A stretch of DNA of 63,899 nt, filler included. It is 5 parts of 5 records of this genome, joined end to end, with 100 filler letters (N's around TTAATTAATTAA, not from the genome) between each part and the next. Parts side by side here need not be neighbours in the genome. Positions count along the whole stretch, not along the records: positions 1 to 10,665 come from SRR20825006_2006; positions 10,766 to 16,641 come from SRR20825006_2025; positions 16,742 to 30,941 come from SRR20825006_2031; 2 more parts are not named here. One strand, 5' to 3'. Below the pieces are notes generated by a model. It did not search any database, had not been told where the DNA came from, and saw only the letters and a list, made by a program, of their open reading frames with translations. Of this stretch, positions 9,624 through 20,945 are shown in pieces (within the stretch, counting starts at the first letter, position 1; each line of letters starts with the position of its first letter). The position numbers were made by a program, and so were the translations under genes.

Positions 9624-9739
9624 AAAGCGTTTCGTGAAAAGCCTGGATCACAGATTTTCGCGAAACGCCGTGCAAGATTTAGATGTTGTGCGCGTTTCGC
9701 ATCAAACTTGTGTCTCAAGTTTAATGCGAAACGCTTTAG
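9624..9739. repeat. About 115-bp double-hairpin intergenic element (RIME/CIR/Bru-RS-like)
   Basis: Hairpin 1: GCGTTTCGTGAAAA...TTTTCGCGAAACGC (9627-9668). Hairpin 2: GCGTTTCGCATCAAACTTG-TGTCT-CAAGTTTAATGCGAAACGC (9692-9734). Terminal inverted repeat AAAGCGTTTCG/CGAAACGCTTT. Confidence 0.7.
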
Positions 9740-10665
9740 CCGCCGATCAGGCGCGGAATGGTGAGGGTGAGGGCGGGGATCAGGATGATCAGCGCCACAC
9801 GGATGACTTCAGAGCCAAGAAAGGGCATGACGCCGCGAAACACGGTCGACATCGGCGTGTCCTTGGCGAGAGAGGAGATGATGAACACGTTGAGGCCGAC
9901 GGGCGGCGTGATCAGGCCAAGTTCGACGACGATCAGCGCCAGAATGCCGAACCAGATTTTCAAATCCTCGATGTCCATGCCAAAGGCGGCATCGGCGGCA
10001 CTGATATATTCGCCGCCATTGAGCGCAATCAGGGTCGGCCAAAAGAACGGCACGACGACAAGGATCATCGCCAGACTTTCCATGAAACAACCAAGGATCA
10101 CGAAGGCGATCAACATGATGACCAGCACCAACATCGGGTCCAGGCCAGATGTGGCGGCCCAGTCAGACAGCGCCTGCGGCAGGCCGGAGCGGGTGAAAAA
10201 GCCCTTGAGCACTTCAGCGCCAAACAGGATCAGATAGATCATGCCGGAGGTGATCGCCGTCGCCTGAACCGCGCGTCTGAGGCCTTTGAGGTTCAGCCCC
10301 TCGCCGGTCAGTGCCCGCAAAACAAAGCCATAAGCGGCGATCATGAACACGCCAATGGAGGCGGCGGGGGTGGGGGTAAACAGGCCAAACCCCAGCCCCA
10401 AAATGATTGCGCCGAAAATGGCGATGACCGGGAACAGGCGTTTGAGCGCGATGTTGCGTTCGTCGCGTGGCATCGGGCGCGGTTCGGGGGCCAGGGACGG
10501 GTTGATCCGCACCTGAATGGCAACCACGAGGATAAAGGACAGCACCGCCAAAAGGCCGGGGAGGACCGCGGCTTGGAACATTTTGAGGATCGAGCCCTCA
10601 ACGATGATCGCATAGATCACCAGCGCGACAGAGGGCGGAATGAGAATGCCCAACGTGCCGCCTGC
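9736..10665 (-). CDS. dctM: TRAP transporter large permease (5'-truncated by contig end)
   Basis: GGTLGILIPPSV, FTPTPAA, ILGCFMES and ELGLITPPVGLNVF DctM motifs. Confidence 0.88.
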   Translation of the reverse strand, partial: AGGTLGILIPPSVALVIYAIIVEGSILKMFQAAVLPGLLAVLSFILVVAIQVRINPSLAPEPRPMPRDERNIALKRLFPVIAIFGAIILGLGFGLFTPTPAASIGVFMIAAYGFVLRALTGEGLNLKGLRRAVQATAITSGMIYLILFGAEVLKGFFTRSGLPQALSDWAATSGLDPMLVLVIMLIAFVILGCFMESLAMILVVVPFFWPTLIALNGGEYISAADAAFGMDIEDLKIWFGILALIVVELGLITPPVGLNVFIISSLAKDTPMSTVFRGVMPFLGSEVIRVALIILIPALTLTIPRLIGG

Positions 10666-10765
10666 NNNNNNNNNNNNNNNNNNNNNNNNNNNNNNNNNNN
10701 NNNNNNNNNTTAATTAATTAANNNNNNNNNNNNNNNNNNNNNNNNNNNNNNNNNNNNNNNNNNNN
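10666..10765. other. Artificial contig-joining linker
   Basis: 44 N + TTAATTAATTAA (stops in all six frames) + 44 N. Confidence 0.97.
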
Positions 10766-10867
10766 AAATCCCCAGAACCGCCGCAACCCGCGTCAGGTTG
10801 CCGTTCTCCGAAATCATCGTTTGGTGCCAACCCGCCCAATCCAACACATATCAGCGGACTTAGGGGT

Positions 10868-11893
10868 CTATCCCGCCTCGCACGCCATCAGGATGTCGCG
10901 TGTGACGGGCATACGTTCCAACGTCCGTGCGATCCTCTCACGCCATTTGGGACCGCGCGCCAGTGCGTCCTCATAGGCATCCCAAATGTCGGAAGGACGA
11001 TCCTCGGACATGGTCTCAATAAGGAACGCCGCCTGCTGACGGTCTTTTTCTGCCTTGAGGGACTGAGGCCCGTCACGACGACGGTCTGCCACGATCAGTT
11101 TGTGGATGGCGAATTTCTCGGGCCGCGGAATCTGCACAAGAATCCCATCACGATAGAGCGCAACGACATGGATCGGGTCCGAAATCAGATAATTCAGGTG
11201 ATGTAGCGCCCGCGCCTTGACGCCCAAGGCGGGGAGATCGCGAATGCCTTCGGCGGCATCAAAGGACGGGGTGAGAAATTCAATCATCATCCCCGTCTTG
11301 CCGCTTTGTCGCCACCGCCAGACACTGTCACGATCAAGGCCCTGAACAGGATCGAATTTGAGCGCCGAAAAGGTCTGGGCCAGCGATGGTTCGACCGCGT
11401 CTTGCAAGGCCACCGACAGGCGTTCGAATTGCGCGATGTCAATATCCCCGGTGTTGGCCACGCTGCCAAGGGGAAGAGTGGCGCCAAGCTCTCCCTCCAT
11501 CAGACGAAAGGCATTCGTCCCGATCAGGGTGCCACCCAGCCGGAATGTGCCGACCTTTGCCATGGCGAGCAGCAACCCGCCCGTTCCGCGATCGACCGGG
11601 GTCATACCCTCGGCGCGCAGCAGACGCGCAAGCCGCGCGCGTTCCAGCTTGCGCTCTGCGGCCCGTTCGCGAAGCTCATTCATGCGGTCCACACGAGCGC
11701 GCGTCTCGGCGCTGTCCGGCCCGATATACCAGAATTTGACAGAGGTGCCGATTTTTTCGGCCGCGTACCAATAAACCTTGCCACCGCGCTCCTTGGTAAC
11801 AAGCGAGCCACGCACATTCGCGACCATATCGTCTTTCAGAAGACGCAAGAGATCACTATAGGCAGACCGTGCCACTGAACTTAGATTTGCCAC
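10868..11893 (-). CDS. GSU2403-family nucleotidyltransferase-fold protein
   Basis: GTG start at 11893 with GGGAG RBS. GKVYWY/YIGPD N-terminal domain, LIGTNAF, TGDIDIAQFERLS, IEFLTPSF, VQIPRPEKFAIHKLIVA and KAEKDRQQA. Confidence 0.75.
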   Translation of the reverse strand: MANLSSVARSAYSDLLRLLKDDMVANVRGSLVTKERGGKVYWYAAEKIGTSVKFWYIGPDSAETRARVDRMNELRERAAERKLERARLARLLRAEGMTPVDRGTGGLLLAMAKVGTFRLGGTLIGTNAFRLMEGELGATLPLGSVANTGDIDIAQFERLSVALQDAVEPSLAQTFSALKFDPVQGLDRDSVWRWRQSGKTGMMIEFLTPSFDAAEGIRDLPALGVKARALHHLNYLISDPIHVVALYRDGILVQIPRPEKFAIHKLIVADRRRDGPQSLKAEKDRQQAAFLIETMSEDRPSDIWDAYEDALARGPKWRERIARTLERMPVTRDILMACEAG

Positions 11894-12035
11894 TTTGGCT
11901 CCCGCTGTCACATGCACGGTAAACTTATATCTTTCGGTTTGCCGTGGCAATCGGGAAACCAATTTATTTACGTTTACCGATCGGGGTCTTCTTCCGCCCC
12001 GGAACTGTCCGAAACATTCAGATGCGCTTTGATCA

Positions 12036-12797
12036 TCAGGGGCGGACGGTAAGTTTTTCACCCAGATCAAGCGCTTCTTGGGCGACCAACAGGGCATCAT
12101 GGACATGGTGTTTTGCGGCGGTCACCGCATCAACAAGACTGGCACCCTGTGCCAGATGCACCGCGATGGCACTGGCCAATCGGCACCCGGTCCCTCTGAG
12201 CGTGGCATCAATCCGGGGCGCCGTGAAGGCCACACATGGGACACCTAGGCGATACAGGTGATCGACGCTGACGGGGCCTTCCGCATGCCCCCCCTTGACC
12301 AGAACCGCCCCACATCCCCGTTGCAAAAGCCGCTCGACACAGGCGCTATGATCGCCCTCCGGGACGCCAAGGCGGCGCGCCAAAGCGGCCAGTTCCGGCA
12401 CGTTCGGTGTCAACAGGTCGACCTTTGGCAACAGCCGGTCCAATAAGGCCGTGACACCAAGATCATCCAGCAACATGTGACCGGAACTGGACATCAGCAC
12501 CGGGTCCAAAACGCACGGGGCGCGGGGCACAGCAGCGGCGACCGCCTCGACGATCCCTGCCCTGCCCAGCATGCCAATTTTGACCGCGCTCACCGGACCG
12601 GCGATGGCGATTTGATCCGTCACAACCTTGGGTGGGACGGCGTGCACGGCGGTGACGGCGCGGTCGCTTTGGGCGGTCACCGCGGTGACGGCAACGCGCG
12701 CGGTGCCGTTTAGGGCGTGCACCGTCGCACTGTCGCGCAACACCCCTGCCCCGCCGCTTGAATCCAGACCCCCAATGCAGAGAACAACCCCACTCAC
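12036..12797 (-). CDS. thiD: Hydroxymethylpyrimidine/phosphomethylpyrimidine kinase
   Basis: GGLDSSGGAG, AVKIGML, VLDPV, LTPNVPE, LVKGGH and RGTGC. GTG start overlaps the thiF stop. Confidence 0.88.
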   Translation of the reverse strand: MSGVVLCIGGLDSSGGAGVLRDSATVHALNGTARVAVTAVTAQSDRAVTAVHAVPPKVVTDQIAIAGPVSAVKIGMLGRAGIVEAVAAAVPRAPCVLDPVLMSSSGHMLLDDLGVTALLDRLLPKVDLLTPNVPELAALARRLGVPEGDHSACVERLLQRGCGAVLVKGGHAEGPVSVDHLYRLGVPCVAFTAPRIDATLRGTGCRLASAIAVHLAQGASLVDAVTAAKHHVHDALLVAQEALDLGEKLTVRP

Positions 12798-13705
12798 ATT
12801 CCGTCTCCAACGATGGCAACCCGGTGATGCCCAAGCGCGGCACACCGTTTGGCCGCCCGCCACGCCCGTAGACCTGATTTGCAAATGAAAACCACGCGCT
12901 GTCCCGGCGTGGGTTGTGGGTCGGCTGTGGCGGTGGTCCGCAGGTCGATGACCAAATCCTCCGGGGAGATATGCGCGGGGGCCAAAATTTCCGGCACCAC
13001 ATCCGGTTCTGGCGCGCCATCAAAGCGAAACCCGCTCACATGCCACTGCGCCAGATCGAGCGACAAAAGCTGGCCCAAAGGCGAAGGCTTTAGCCCCAAC
13101 AGAACCGACAATGCCATCTGCGCCTGAAGCGCGCCGAGCATCGCAACGACCGGTCCCATCACGCCGGTGTCTGAACAGCTCCCAAGCCGCGAGGGCAGAT
13201 CGGGAAACACCGCGCGCAGACTGGGCGCGCCGCCGCAAAACCCGCCAACATAGCCCTGACGCGCCAACACCGAGGCGCTGATCAACGGGCGTTCAACCGC
13301 GAGACAAAGATCGGAGAGCGCATAGCTGGTGGCAAAACTGTCCGCGGCATCGACGATCACATCGGCCTGCGCCATGAGGTCGGGGGCATTGCCCGGATCA
13401 AGCCGGGTGACATGGGCAATGAAACGCCCGTCGGGGTTGAGCGCGCTGAGACTCTGCGCGGCAACTTCGGCTTTGGGTTGGGCCAAATCAGACATCCGAA
13501 ACAGGGTCTGACGGTGCAGGTTGCTTTCCTCCACATGATCGGGGTCTACGATGTCGATCCGCCCGACCCCCGCCCCGGCCAAAAGCGGCAAAACGGTGGA
13601 GCCAAGCCCGCCCGCCCCCACCACCAAAACCCGCGCAGCGGCCAACCGGGCCTGCCCGACCGCGCCGATTTCGGGCAGGATTTCCTGCCGTGCATAGCGG
13701 TTCAT
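12794..13705 (-). CDS. thiF: ThiF/MoeB-family adenylyltransferase with C-terminal rhodanese-like segment
   Basis: RYARQ, VVGAGGLGS, DPDHVEESNLHRQ, DAADSF. C-terminal VIDLR...VVFICKSGLRA. Confidence 0.85.
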   Translation of the reverse strand: MNRYARQEILPEIGAVGQARLAAARVLVVGAGGLGSTVLPLLAGAGVGRIDIVDPDHVEESNLHRQTLFRMSDLAQPKAEVAAQSLSALNPDGRFIAHVTRLDPGNAPDLMAQADVIVDAADSFATSYALSDLCLAVERPLISASVLARQGYVGGFCGGAPSLRAVFPDLPSRLGSCSDTGVMGPVVAMLGALQAQMALSVLLGLKPSPLGQLLSLDLAQWHVSGFRFDGAPEPDVVPEILAPAHISPEDLVIDLRTTATADPQPTPGQRVVFICKSGLRAWRAAKRCAALGHHRVAIVGDGM

Positions 13706-14307
13706 CGCCAAGCCTCCGTGGCCCTGATCCAGTCGCAACAGCGCGTTTCGGGATCAGCCGCCTGTGCGATATCCGTCACCACCGCGGCACTGTCCGCCCC
13801 GGCGGCAAACAGCCCCGGCAATCGTTCGGTCGTCAGCCCGCCGATCCCGACCAGCGGCACGTCACCCGCCGCGCGTTTCCACTTGGTCACACGTTCCAGC
13901 CCTTGCGGACCCCATGGCATTTTTTTGAGGAGCGTCGGATAGACCGGGCCAAGCGCGACATAGGCCGGATCACACGACAGGGCGCGCTCCAGTTCCGCCT
14001 CATCATGGGTGGACAGGCCAACGGCGATGCCCGCACGACGCAGGGCGGCAAAATCCGCGCTGTCCATATCCTCTTGACCCAGATGGACAAAGGAACAATT
14101 GAGATCAAGCGCCGCTTGCCAGTGATCGTTGACCACAAGCTGGGCGCGATGCACGGCGCAAAAGTCGCGGGCACGGCGGATTTGACGATGGATTTCCGCC
14201 TCCGCCTGGTCTTTGATCCTGAGTTGAACGAGGCGGACCCCATGGGGGACGAGCAATTCGATCTGACTGACATGGCCGACGATTAGGTAAAACGGATCAA
14301 GTTTCAT
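13702..14307 (-). CDS. thiE: Thiamine-phosphate synthase
   Basis: [34 protein letters not shown] and VGIGG. Confidence 0.92.
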   Translation of the reverse strand: MKLDPFYLIVGHVSQIELLVPHGVRLVQLRIKDQAEAEIHRQIRRARDFCAVHRAQLVVNDHWQAALDLNCSFVHLGQEDMDSADFAALRRAGIAVGLSTHDEAELERALSCDPAYVALGPVYPTLLKKMPWGPQGLERVTKWKRAAGDVPLVGIGGLTTERLPGLFAAGADSAAVVTDIAQAADPETRCCDWIRATEAWR

Positions 14308-15065
14308 GCCAACAACTCCGCCATGCCAAACACCGGCGTGGACGCATGGGCCATGTCGCGCGCGGGCATCAAACCCGCCTCTCGCGCCAAACGTCCCGCC
14401 GTGATTGCGTCCGAAAAGGCCCGCGCCATCGCCACCGGGTCAAGCGCCTTGGCCACGGCGGTGTTCAACAGCACCGCGTCAAAGCCCATTTCCATCGCCT
14501 GCATGGCCTGAGACGGCGCGCCGATCCCGGCGTCGATCACCAAAGGCACCTGTGGAAAATGCGCCCGCATGGCACGCAGCCCACCGATGTTGCGCAGCCC
14601 CTGCCCTGACCCAATCGGCGCACCCCATGGCATCAACACGCGACACCCGGCCTCGATCAGCTTCTCCCCCACGATCAGATCTTCGGTCGTGTAGGGAAAG
14701 ACATCGAACCCATCCGCACATAAAATGCGTGCGGCCTCAACCAGAGCAAAGGGATCGGGCTGCAACGTGTCGGCATGGCCGATCACTTCGAGCTTGATCC
14801 AAGGCGTGCCAAACAGCTCGCGCGCCATATGGGCGGTGGTCACGGCCTCGCGGACCGTATGGCACCCTGCAGTGTTGGGCAAAATCCGGCAGCCGCTGTC
14901 CTGAAGAATATCACGGAATCCGCTGCCCCCCGGCCCTTCGCGGCGCAACGAGACGGTGATGACCTCCGCGTCAGAGGCCGAAATGGCCGCACGCAGCACC
15001 TCGGGCGAAGGGTATTGTGCCGTGCCGAGCATCAAACGGGTGTTGAGGTCTATGCCATAAAACAT
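14304..15065 (-). CDS. thiG: Thiazole synthase
   Basis: [34 protein letters not shown] and LLNTAVA. Confidence 0.93.
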   Translation of the reverse strand: MFYGIDLNTRLMLGTAQYPSPEVLRAAISASDAEVITVSLRREGPGGSGFRDILQDSGCRILPNTAGCHTVREAVTTAHMARELFGTPWIKLEVIGHADTLQPDPFALVEAARILCADGFDVFPYTTEDLIVGEKLIEAGCRVLMPWGAPIGSGQGLRNIGGLRAMRAHFPQVPLVIDAGIGAPSQAMQAMEMGFDAVLLNTAVAKALDPVAMARAFSDAITAGRLAREAGLMPARDMAHASTPVFGMAELLA

Positions 15066-15066
15066 T

Positions 15067-15253
15067 CTATCCTCCCTGCATCGGCGCGAGGAGTTCAACC
15101 TTTGCGCCTGGGGTGAGCGGGGTCGATGCCCGCGCCGCGCAGGGCACGAACTGCCCATTGAGCGCGGTGGCGACTGCGGCCGCCTCAATACCGGTTTCGA
15201 CAATCAAATCGGCCAGTGTCGGCGCAGCCGTTTCATGGGATGCACCATTCAAG

Positions 15254-15264
<11 letters not shown>
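15067..15264 (-). CDS. thiS: Sulfur carrier protein ThiS
   Basis: 65-aa protein MRIDLNG...ATALNGQFV...APMQGG with C-terminal Gly-Gly. Confidence 0.92.
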
Positions 15265-16641
<1,377 letters not shown>

Positions 16642-16741
16642 NNNNNNNNNNNNNNNNNNNNNNNNNNNNNNNNNNNNNNNNNNNNTTAATTAATTAANNN
16701 NNNNNNNNNNNNNNNNNNNNNNNNNNNNNNNNNNNNNNNNN
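16642..16741. other. Artificial contig-joining linker
   Basis: 44 N + TTAATTAATTAA + 44 N. Confidence 0.97.
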
Positions 16742-16824
16742 GAGACTGAAGCCGTCTCGGGATACCGCTCTCTTTGCATAACCGCGTCGCCGGCTGGCCT
16801 CGCGGCAAAAGGTGCAGGCAGCCC

Positions 16825-16855
16825 TTGACCTTACCATGATGGGAAGGTCTATATG
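16825..16855 (+). promoter_or_regulatory. CueR-dependent promoter/operator
   Basis: -35 TTGACC (16825-16830), 19-nt spacer containing the dyad ACCTTACC-ATGAT-GGGAAGGT, -10 TATATG (16850-16855). Typical MerR-family geometry. Confidence 0.88.
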
Positions 16856-16877
16856 GTTGTGGACGAGGTGAAAGACC

Positions 16878-19139
16878 ATGAACGAACACGTCCACAAAAA
16901 CTCCAAAACGTCTGCCGTTTCACTCGATATCGCGGGCATGACCTGCGCGTCCTGCGTCAATCGCGTGGAAAAGGCCCTGCTCAAGGTGCCCGGCGTCGAA
17001 ACCGCTGCCGTCAATCTGGCCACCGAGCGCGCCACCATTGCCGGCGGCAATGTCGATGCGCTGCTCAAGGCGGTCGAGAAGGTCGGCTACAAGGCCAGCC
17101 TGCGCCAGCCCGACGCGCCGGCGCATGACCACATGCATCACCACGATGAAGATGCTGCCATTCTCAAGCGCGATGTCATCATCGCCGCCATCCCGACCCT
17201 GCCGCTGTTCCTGATCGAGATGATCGGCCATATCCACATGCCCTTCCACATGTGGGTGATGTCCATCGTCCCGACCCAAACGCTTTGGGTCGCCTACTTC
17301 ATCCTCGCCAGTTTCGTGCTGTTCGTGCCGGGCCTGCGCTTCTTCAAAATCGGCTTCCCGGCCCTATTCCGCGGCGCACCGGAAATGAACTCGCTGGTGG
17401 CCCTTGGGGCCGGGGCCGCCTGGCTCTATTCCAGCGTCGTGACCTTTGCGCCGCAATTGGTGCCGGCGGAAACGCGCTATGTCTATTTTGAAGCCGCCGC
17501 CGTCATCGTCACGCTGATCCTGATTGGGCGCTGGCTCGAAGCCATCGCCAAGGGGCGCACGGGCGAGGCGATCAGCCAATTGGTGCAGCAACAGGCCAAG
17601 ACCGCCCGGATCGAGCGCGAAGGAAAGACTGTCGAAGTGCCGATCGAAGACGTCCGGGTTGGTGACATCATTGTCGTCCGTCCGGGCGAAAAGATCGCCG
17701 TGGATGGCGAGATCGTCGAAGGCGAAAGCCATATCGATGAATCGATGATCTCGGGGGAACCCCTGCCCGTCTCCAAGTCTGTCGGCGCCAGCGTTGTGGG
17801 CGGCACGCTCAACACCTCGGGCAGCTTCAACTTCCGCGCCACCAAGGTGGGGGCCGATACCATGCTGGCCCACATCATCCGCATGGTCGAGGACGCCCAG
17901 GCCGGCAAGCTGCCCATTCAGGCGGTCGTCGACCGGATCACCTCGGTCTTCGTGCCCATCGTGATTGGCCTGGCCGTTCTCACTGCCATTGTCTGGTTCT
18001 GGCTCGGCCCCGATCCGGCGCTGACCTATGCACTGGTCAATGCCGTCGCCGTCCTGATTATCGCCTGCCCCTGCGCCATGGGCCTGGCGACCCCCATGTC
18101 GATCATGGTGGGCACCGGCCGCGCCGCCCAGCTCGGCGTGCTGTTCCGCAAGGGCGAGGCATTGCAGCAGCTGCGTGACGCCGGCATCGTCGCCTTCGAC
18201 AAGACCGGTACGCTGACCGAGGGCAAGCCTGCGCTGACCGATCTCATTCTCGATGACGATTTCGAGCATGATGAAGTGCTGGCACTGGTCGCTGCGGTCG
18301 AGAGCCGGTCCGAGCATCCCATCGCCACCGCCATTGTCGCGGCGGCGGAAAAGGCCGGACTGGCGCTTGGCGCGGTCACCGAATTCAGCTCCAATTCTGG
18401 CACCGGCGTCACCGCCCGGGTCGATGGACGGCTGGTTGCGGTGGGCTCGCAGCGCCATATGAGCCATCTGGATTTCTCAGATTTCTCGGCGGCCATCGAC
18501 AGGCTCGCCGCGGAAGGCAAGACACCGGTCTTTGCGGCTATCGACGACAGGCTGGCTGCGGCCATTGTCGTGGCCGACACCATCAAGCCGACCAGCAAAT
18601 CGGTCATCGAGGCCCTGCATGCTATGGGCCTCAAGACCGCGATGATCTCGGGCGATAACCGTCGGACGGCCCAGGCCATCGCTGCCCAGCTCGGCATTGA
18701 CGAGGTGCGGGCCGAAGTGCTGCCCGCCGACAAGGTGGAAGCCATCAAGTCGCTGCGGCAGGGCCATCGGGTCGTCGCCTATGTCGGGGACGGCATCAAC
18801 GACGCGCCAGCCCTGGCCGAAGCCGATATCGGCATTGCGGTGGGCTCGGGCACCGACGCCGCTATCGAAAGCGCGGATGTCGTGCTGCTCGGGGGCAATC
18901 TGCAGGGCGTGCTCAATGCTTTCACGGTCAGCCGCGCGACACTGCGCAATATCTGGGAAAACCTGTTCTGGGCCTTTGGCTACAACGCCGTGCTGATCCC
19001 GGTGGCCGCTGGCGTGCTCTACCCGGCTTTCGGCATTCTGCTCTCGCCCATGATCGGGGCCGGCGCGATGGCCCTGAGTTCGGTGTTCGTTGTCGGCAAT
19101 GCGCAGCGCCTGCGCGGCATAAAAGGAGTGACGCCATGA
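16878..19139 (+). CDS. copA: Cu(I)-translocating P1B-type ATPase
   Basis: HMA domain GMTCASC, His-rich linker [28 protein letters not shown] and MALSS. Confidence 0.95.
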   Translation: MNEHVHKNSKTSAVSLDIAGMTCASCVNRVEKALLKVPGVETAAVNLATERATIAGGNVDALLKAVEKVGYKASLRQPDAPAHDHMHHHDEDAAILKRDVIIAAIPTLPLFLIEMIGHIHMPFHMWVMSIVPTQTLWVAYFILASFVLFVPGLRFFKIGFPALFRGAPEMNSLVALGAGAAWLYSSVVTFAPQLVPAETRYVYFEAAAVIVTLILIGRWLEAIAKGRTGEAISQLVQQQAKTARIEREGKTVEVPIEDVRVGDIIVVRPGEKIAVDGEIVEGESHIDESMISGEPLPVSKSVGASVVGGTLNTSGSFNFRATKVGADTMLAHIIRMVEDAQAGKLPIQAVVDRITSVFVPIVIGLAVLTAIVWFWLGPDPALTYALVNAVAVLIIACPCAMGLATPMSIMVGTGRAAQLGVLFRKGEALQQLRDAGIVAFDKTGTLTEGKPALTDLILDDDFEHDEVLALVAAVESRSEHPIATAIVAAAEKAGLALGAVTEFSSNSGTGVTARVDGRLVAVGSQRHMSHLDFSDFSAAIDRLAAEGKTPVFAAIDDRLAAAIVVADTIKPTSKSVIEALHAMGLKTAMISGDNRRTAQAIAAQLGIDEVRAEVLPADKVEAIKSLRQGHRVVAYVGDGINDAPALAEADIGIAVGSGTDAAIESADVVLLGGNLQGVLNAFTVSRATLRNIWENLFWAFGYNAVLIPVAAGVLYPAFGILLSPMIGAGAMALSSVFVVGNAQRLRGIKGVTP

Positions 19140-19552
19140 ATATCGGGCAAGCCGCAGACCAGTCCGGCGTCTCAGCCAAGATGATCCGCTATTACGAACA
19201 GATCGGCCTCATCTCTCCGCCTTTGCGCACCGACAGCAATTACCGGGTTTATGGGCCCGACGAGGTGCATGTCCTGCGCTTCATCAAGCGGGCGCGAACC
19301 CTGGGCTTTTCGGTGGAGGAAACCTCGGCCCTGCTCGGGCTCTGGCAGGATCGGACCCGCGCCAGCGTGGAAGTCCGGGATATCGCCAGCACCCATATTG
19401 CGGCGCTCGAAACCAAGATCGCTGAATTGCAGGGCATGGTGAAGACGCTCAGTCACCTGGTGCATTGCTGCGCCGGCGATAATCGCCCCGACTGCCCTAT
19501 TCTCGATGATCTGGCCGGCACTCCGGCCCAACCGGCAATCAAAGGACACTGA
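19136..19552 (+). CDS. cueR: Cu(I)-responsive MerR-family regulator
   Basis: MNIGQAA...KMIRYYE HTH and the [12 protein letters not shown] metal-binding loop. Confidence 0.95.
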   Translation: MNIGQAADQSGVSAKMIRYYEQIGLISPPLRTDSNYRVYGPDEVHVLRFIKRARTLGFSVEETSALLGLWQDRTRASVEVRDIASTHIAALETKIAELQGMVKTLSHLVHCCAGDNRPDCPILDDLAGTPAQPAIKGH

Positions 19553-19553
19553 A

Positions 19554-19754
19554 ATGGCTGAGAAAACCACCCTGACCGTCAACGACATGACCTGCGGCCA
19601 TTGCGTCGGCACGGTGCGCACGGCGCTGGAGAGTGCCCTGCCCGGCGCCCAGGTCGAAATCGACCTCGACACCCACACGGTCCGCTTCACCGGCGACAGG
19701 GCCAGGGGCGAAGCGGCCATCCGCGAAGCCGGCTACACGCCTGAGGCGGCCTAG
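19554..19754 (+). CDS. copZ: Copper chaperone (HMA domain)
   Basis: 66 aa, DMTCGHC motif, C-terminal EAGY, AAGGA RBS. Confidence 0.9.
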   Translation: MAEKTTLTVNDMTCGHCVGTVRTALESALPGAQVEIDLDTHTVRFTGDRARGEAAIREAGYTPEAA

Positions 19755-19877
19755 CTCGCTTCAATCTGGTGAGCCCCCGCAACGCCAAGGAAGGCGGGCA
19801 TCGCCCGGAACTCGAGCGGAGAGATACTCGGATTCGCGTGTCATCCTGACGACGCGCGAATGTATTGAATTCAAACA

Positions 19878-19904
19878 GAAAAGGGGCGCCCGCAGGCGCC
19901 CCTT
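19878..19904 (-). terminator. Rho-independent terminator of the sugar ABC operon
   Basis: AAGGGGCGCC-CGCA-GGCGCCCCTT hairpin with a T-tract on the minus strand, just past the SBP stop. Confidence 0.75.
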
Positions 19905-19927
19905 CATTGGATCCTCGTTCTGTTGGA

Positions 19928-20875
19928 TCAGAACGGGCTGTCGGGGAAGTAGAACTGCTCGGCATTCTCCTGGGTGACCAGCGGCGCACCCAGAATGTAT
20001 TCGCCCTGCACCGGACCATTGGAGGTGAAGTTGGCAACGGTCACGTCCATGGCCGTGGCGATCATGGCAGGCGGATAGAGCACGTCGACCGGGATCAGGG
20101 TGTCGCCATCCATGATGCCCTTGATGACGTCCTTCATGCCGGCGCCGCCGACGATGAACATCTCGTCTTCACGACCAGCCTGGCGCACGGCTTCCACCAC
20201 ACCCATGGCGATGTCGTCATCCTGGGCCCAGACGGCGTCGATATCGGGGAAGCGGGACAGGAAGTCCTGCATCACCTCAAAGCCGTCATCGCGGTTCCAG
20301 TTGGCGAATTCATCGTCGAGCACATTGATGCCGGTGCCCTCGATACCGGCCATGAAGGCGTCGAAACGTTCGGTGTCGATGACAGTCGGGATACCACGCA
20401 GGATCACGATGTTATCCCCGTCAGCCAGACGGGTCTTAAAGTAGTCGGCAGAAACCGAACCCAGTTCAGTATTGTTGCCGGCAACATAGACGTCCTGGAT
20501 CGAGGTATCAGGCAGGCCACGATCAACCACGGTGATGAATGCACCCGATTCCTTGGCCTGACGGACCGGCTCGACCAGCGGGTCGGATTCGAAAGGCAGC
20601 ACGACAAGCGCGTGGATCTGCTGCACCGAGATCAGGTCTTCGATGTCGCTGGCCTGGTCGCCGGGGCTGTCTGCAGTCACCAGGGTAATGTCGATATTGT
20701 CATAGGCCGCTTCGAGGCGCTTCTCAGCTTCCTGGGCGTGCCAGTTCAGGCCACCGGCCCAACCGTGGGTTGCGGCTGGAATGGAGACACCGATCCGGAT
20801 CTGATCCTGTGCCACCGCTGCGCCGGCCAGGGCGGTCGTTGCCGCCAGAGCCAGGGTCAATGCCTTCATAGACAT
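19928..20875 (-). CDS. Monosaccharide ABC substrate-binding protein (RbsB-like)
   Basis: Signal peptide, IGVSIPAATHGW, TVVDRG and AVWAQDDDIA. GGGAGG RBS. Confidence 0.88.
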   Translation of the reverse strand: MSMKALTLALAATTALAGAAVAQDQIRIGVSIPAATHGWAGGLNWHAQEAEKRLEAAYDNIDITLVTADSPGDQASDIEDLISVQQIHALVVLPFESDPLVEPVRQAKESGAFITVVDRGLPDTSIQDVYVAGNNTELGSVSADYFKTRLADGDNIVILRGIPTVIDTERFDAFMAGIEGTGINVLDDEFANWNRDDGFEVMQDFLSRFPDIDAVWAQDDDIAMGVVEAVRQAGREDEMFIVGGAGMKDVIKGIMDGDTLIPVDVLYPPAMIATAMDVTVANFTSNGPVQGEYILGAPLVTQENAEQFYFPDSPF

Positions 20876-20945
20876 GGGTAGTTCCTCCCTTGAGTGTGGC
20901 GCCATGCGCCGGTTATGCCCGCCCCGAAGGGCTGGGAATTCTTGG

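Noticed and set aside
8454..9764. 436-aa plus-strand ORF
   Set aside because: Antisense shadow of the monooxygenase with no recognisable motifs, as expected in GC-rich DNA.
10710..10721. TTAATTAATTAA palindrome recurring four times at long intervals
   Set aside because: Always centred in 44+44 N. It is an assembly spacer with six-frame stops, not a biological repeat or att site.
11894..12106. 71-aa N-terminal extension of the nucleotidyltransferase in the ORF track
   Set aside because: It overlaps thiD and the AT-rich spacer. The GTG at 11893 has a proper RBS and begins the protein-like region.
16742..16824. TPP riboswitch for the thi operon
   Set aside because: The 5' end of thiC is cut by the linker and this sequence belongs to another contig.
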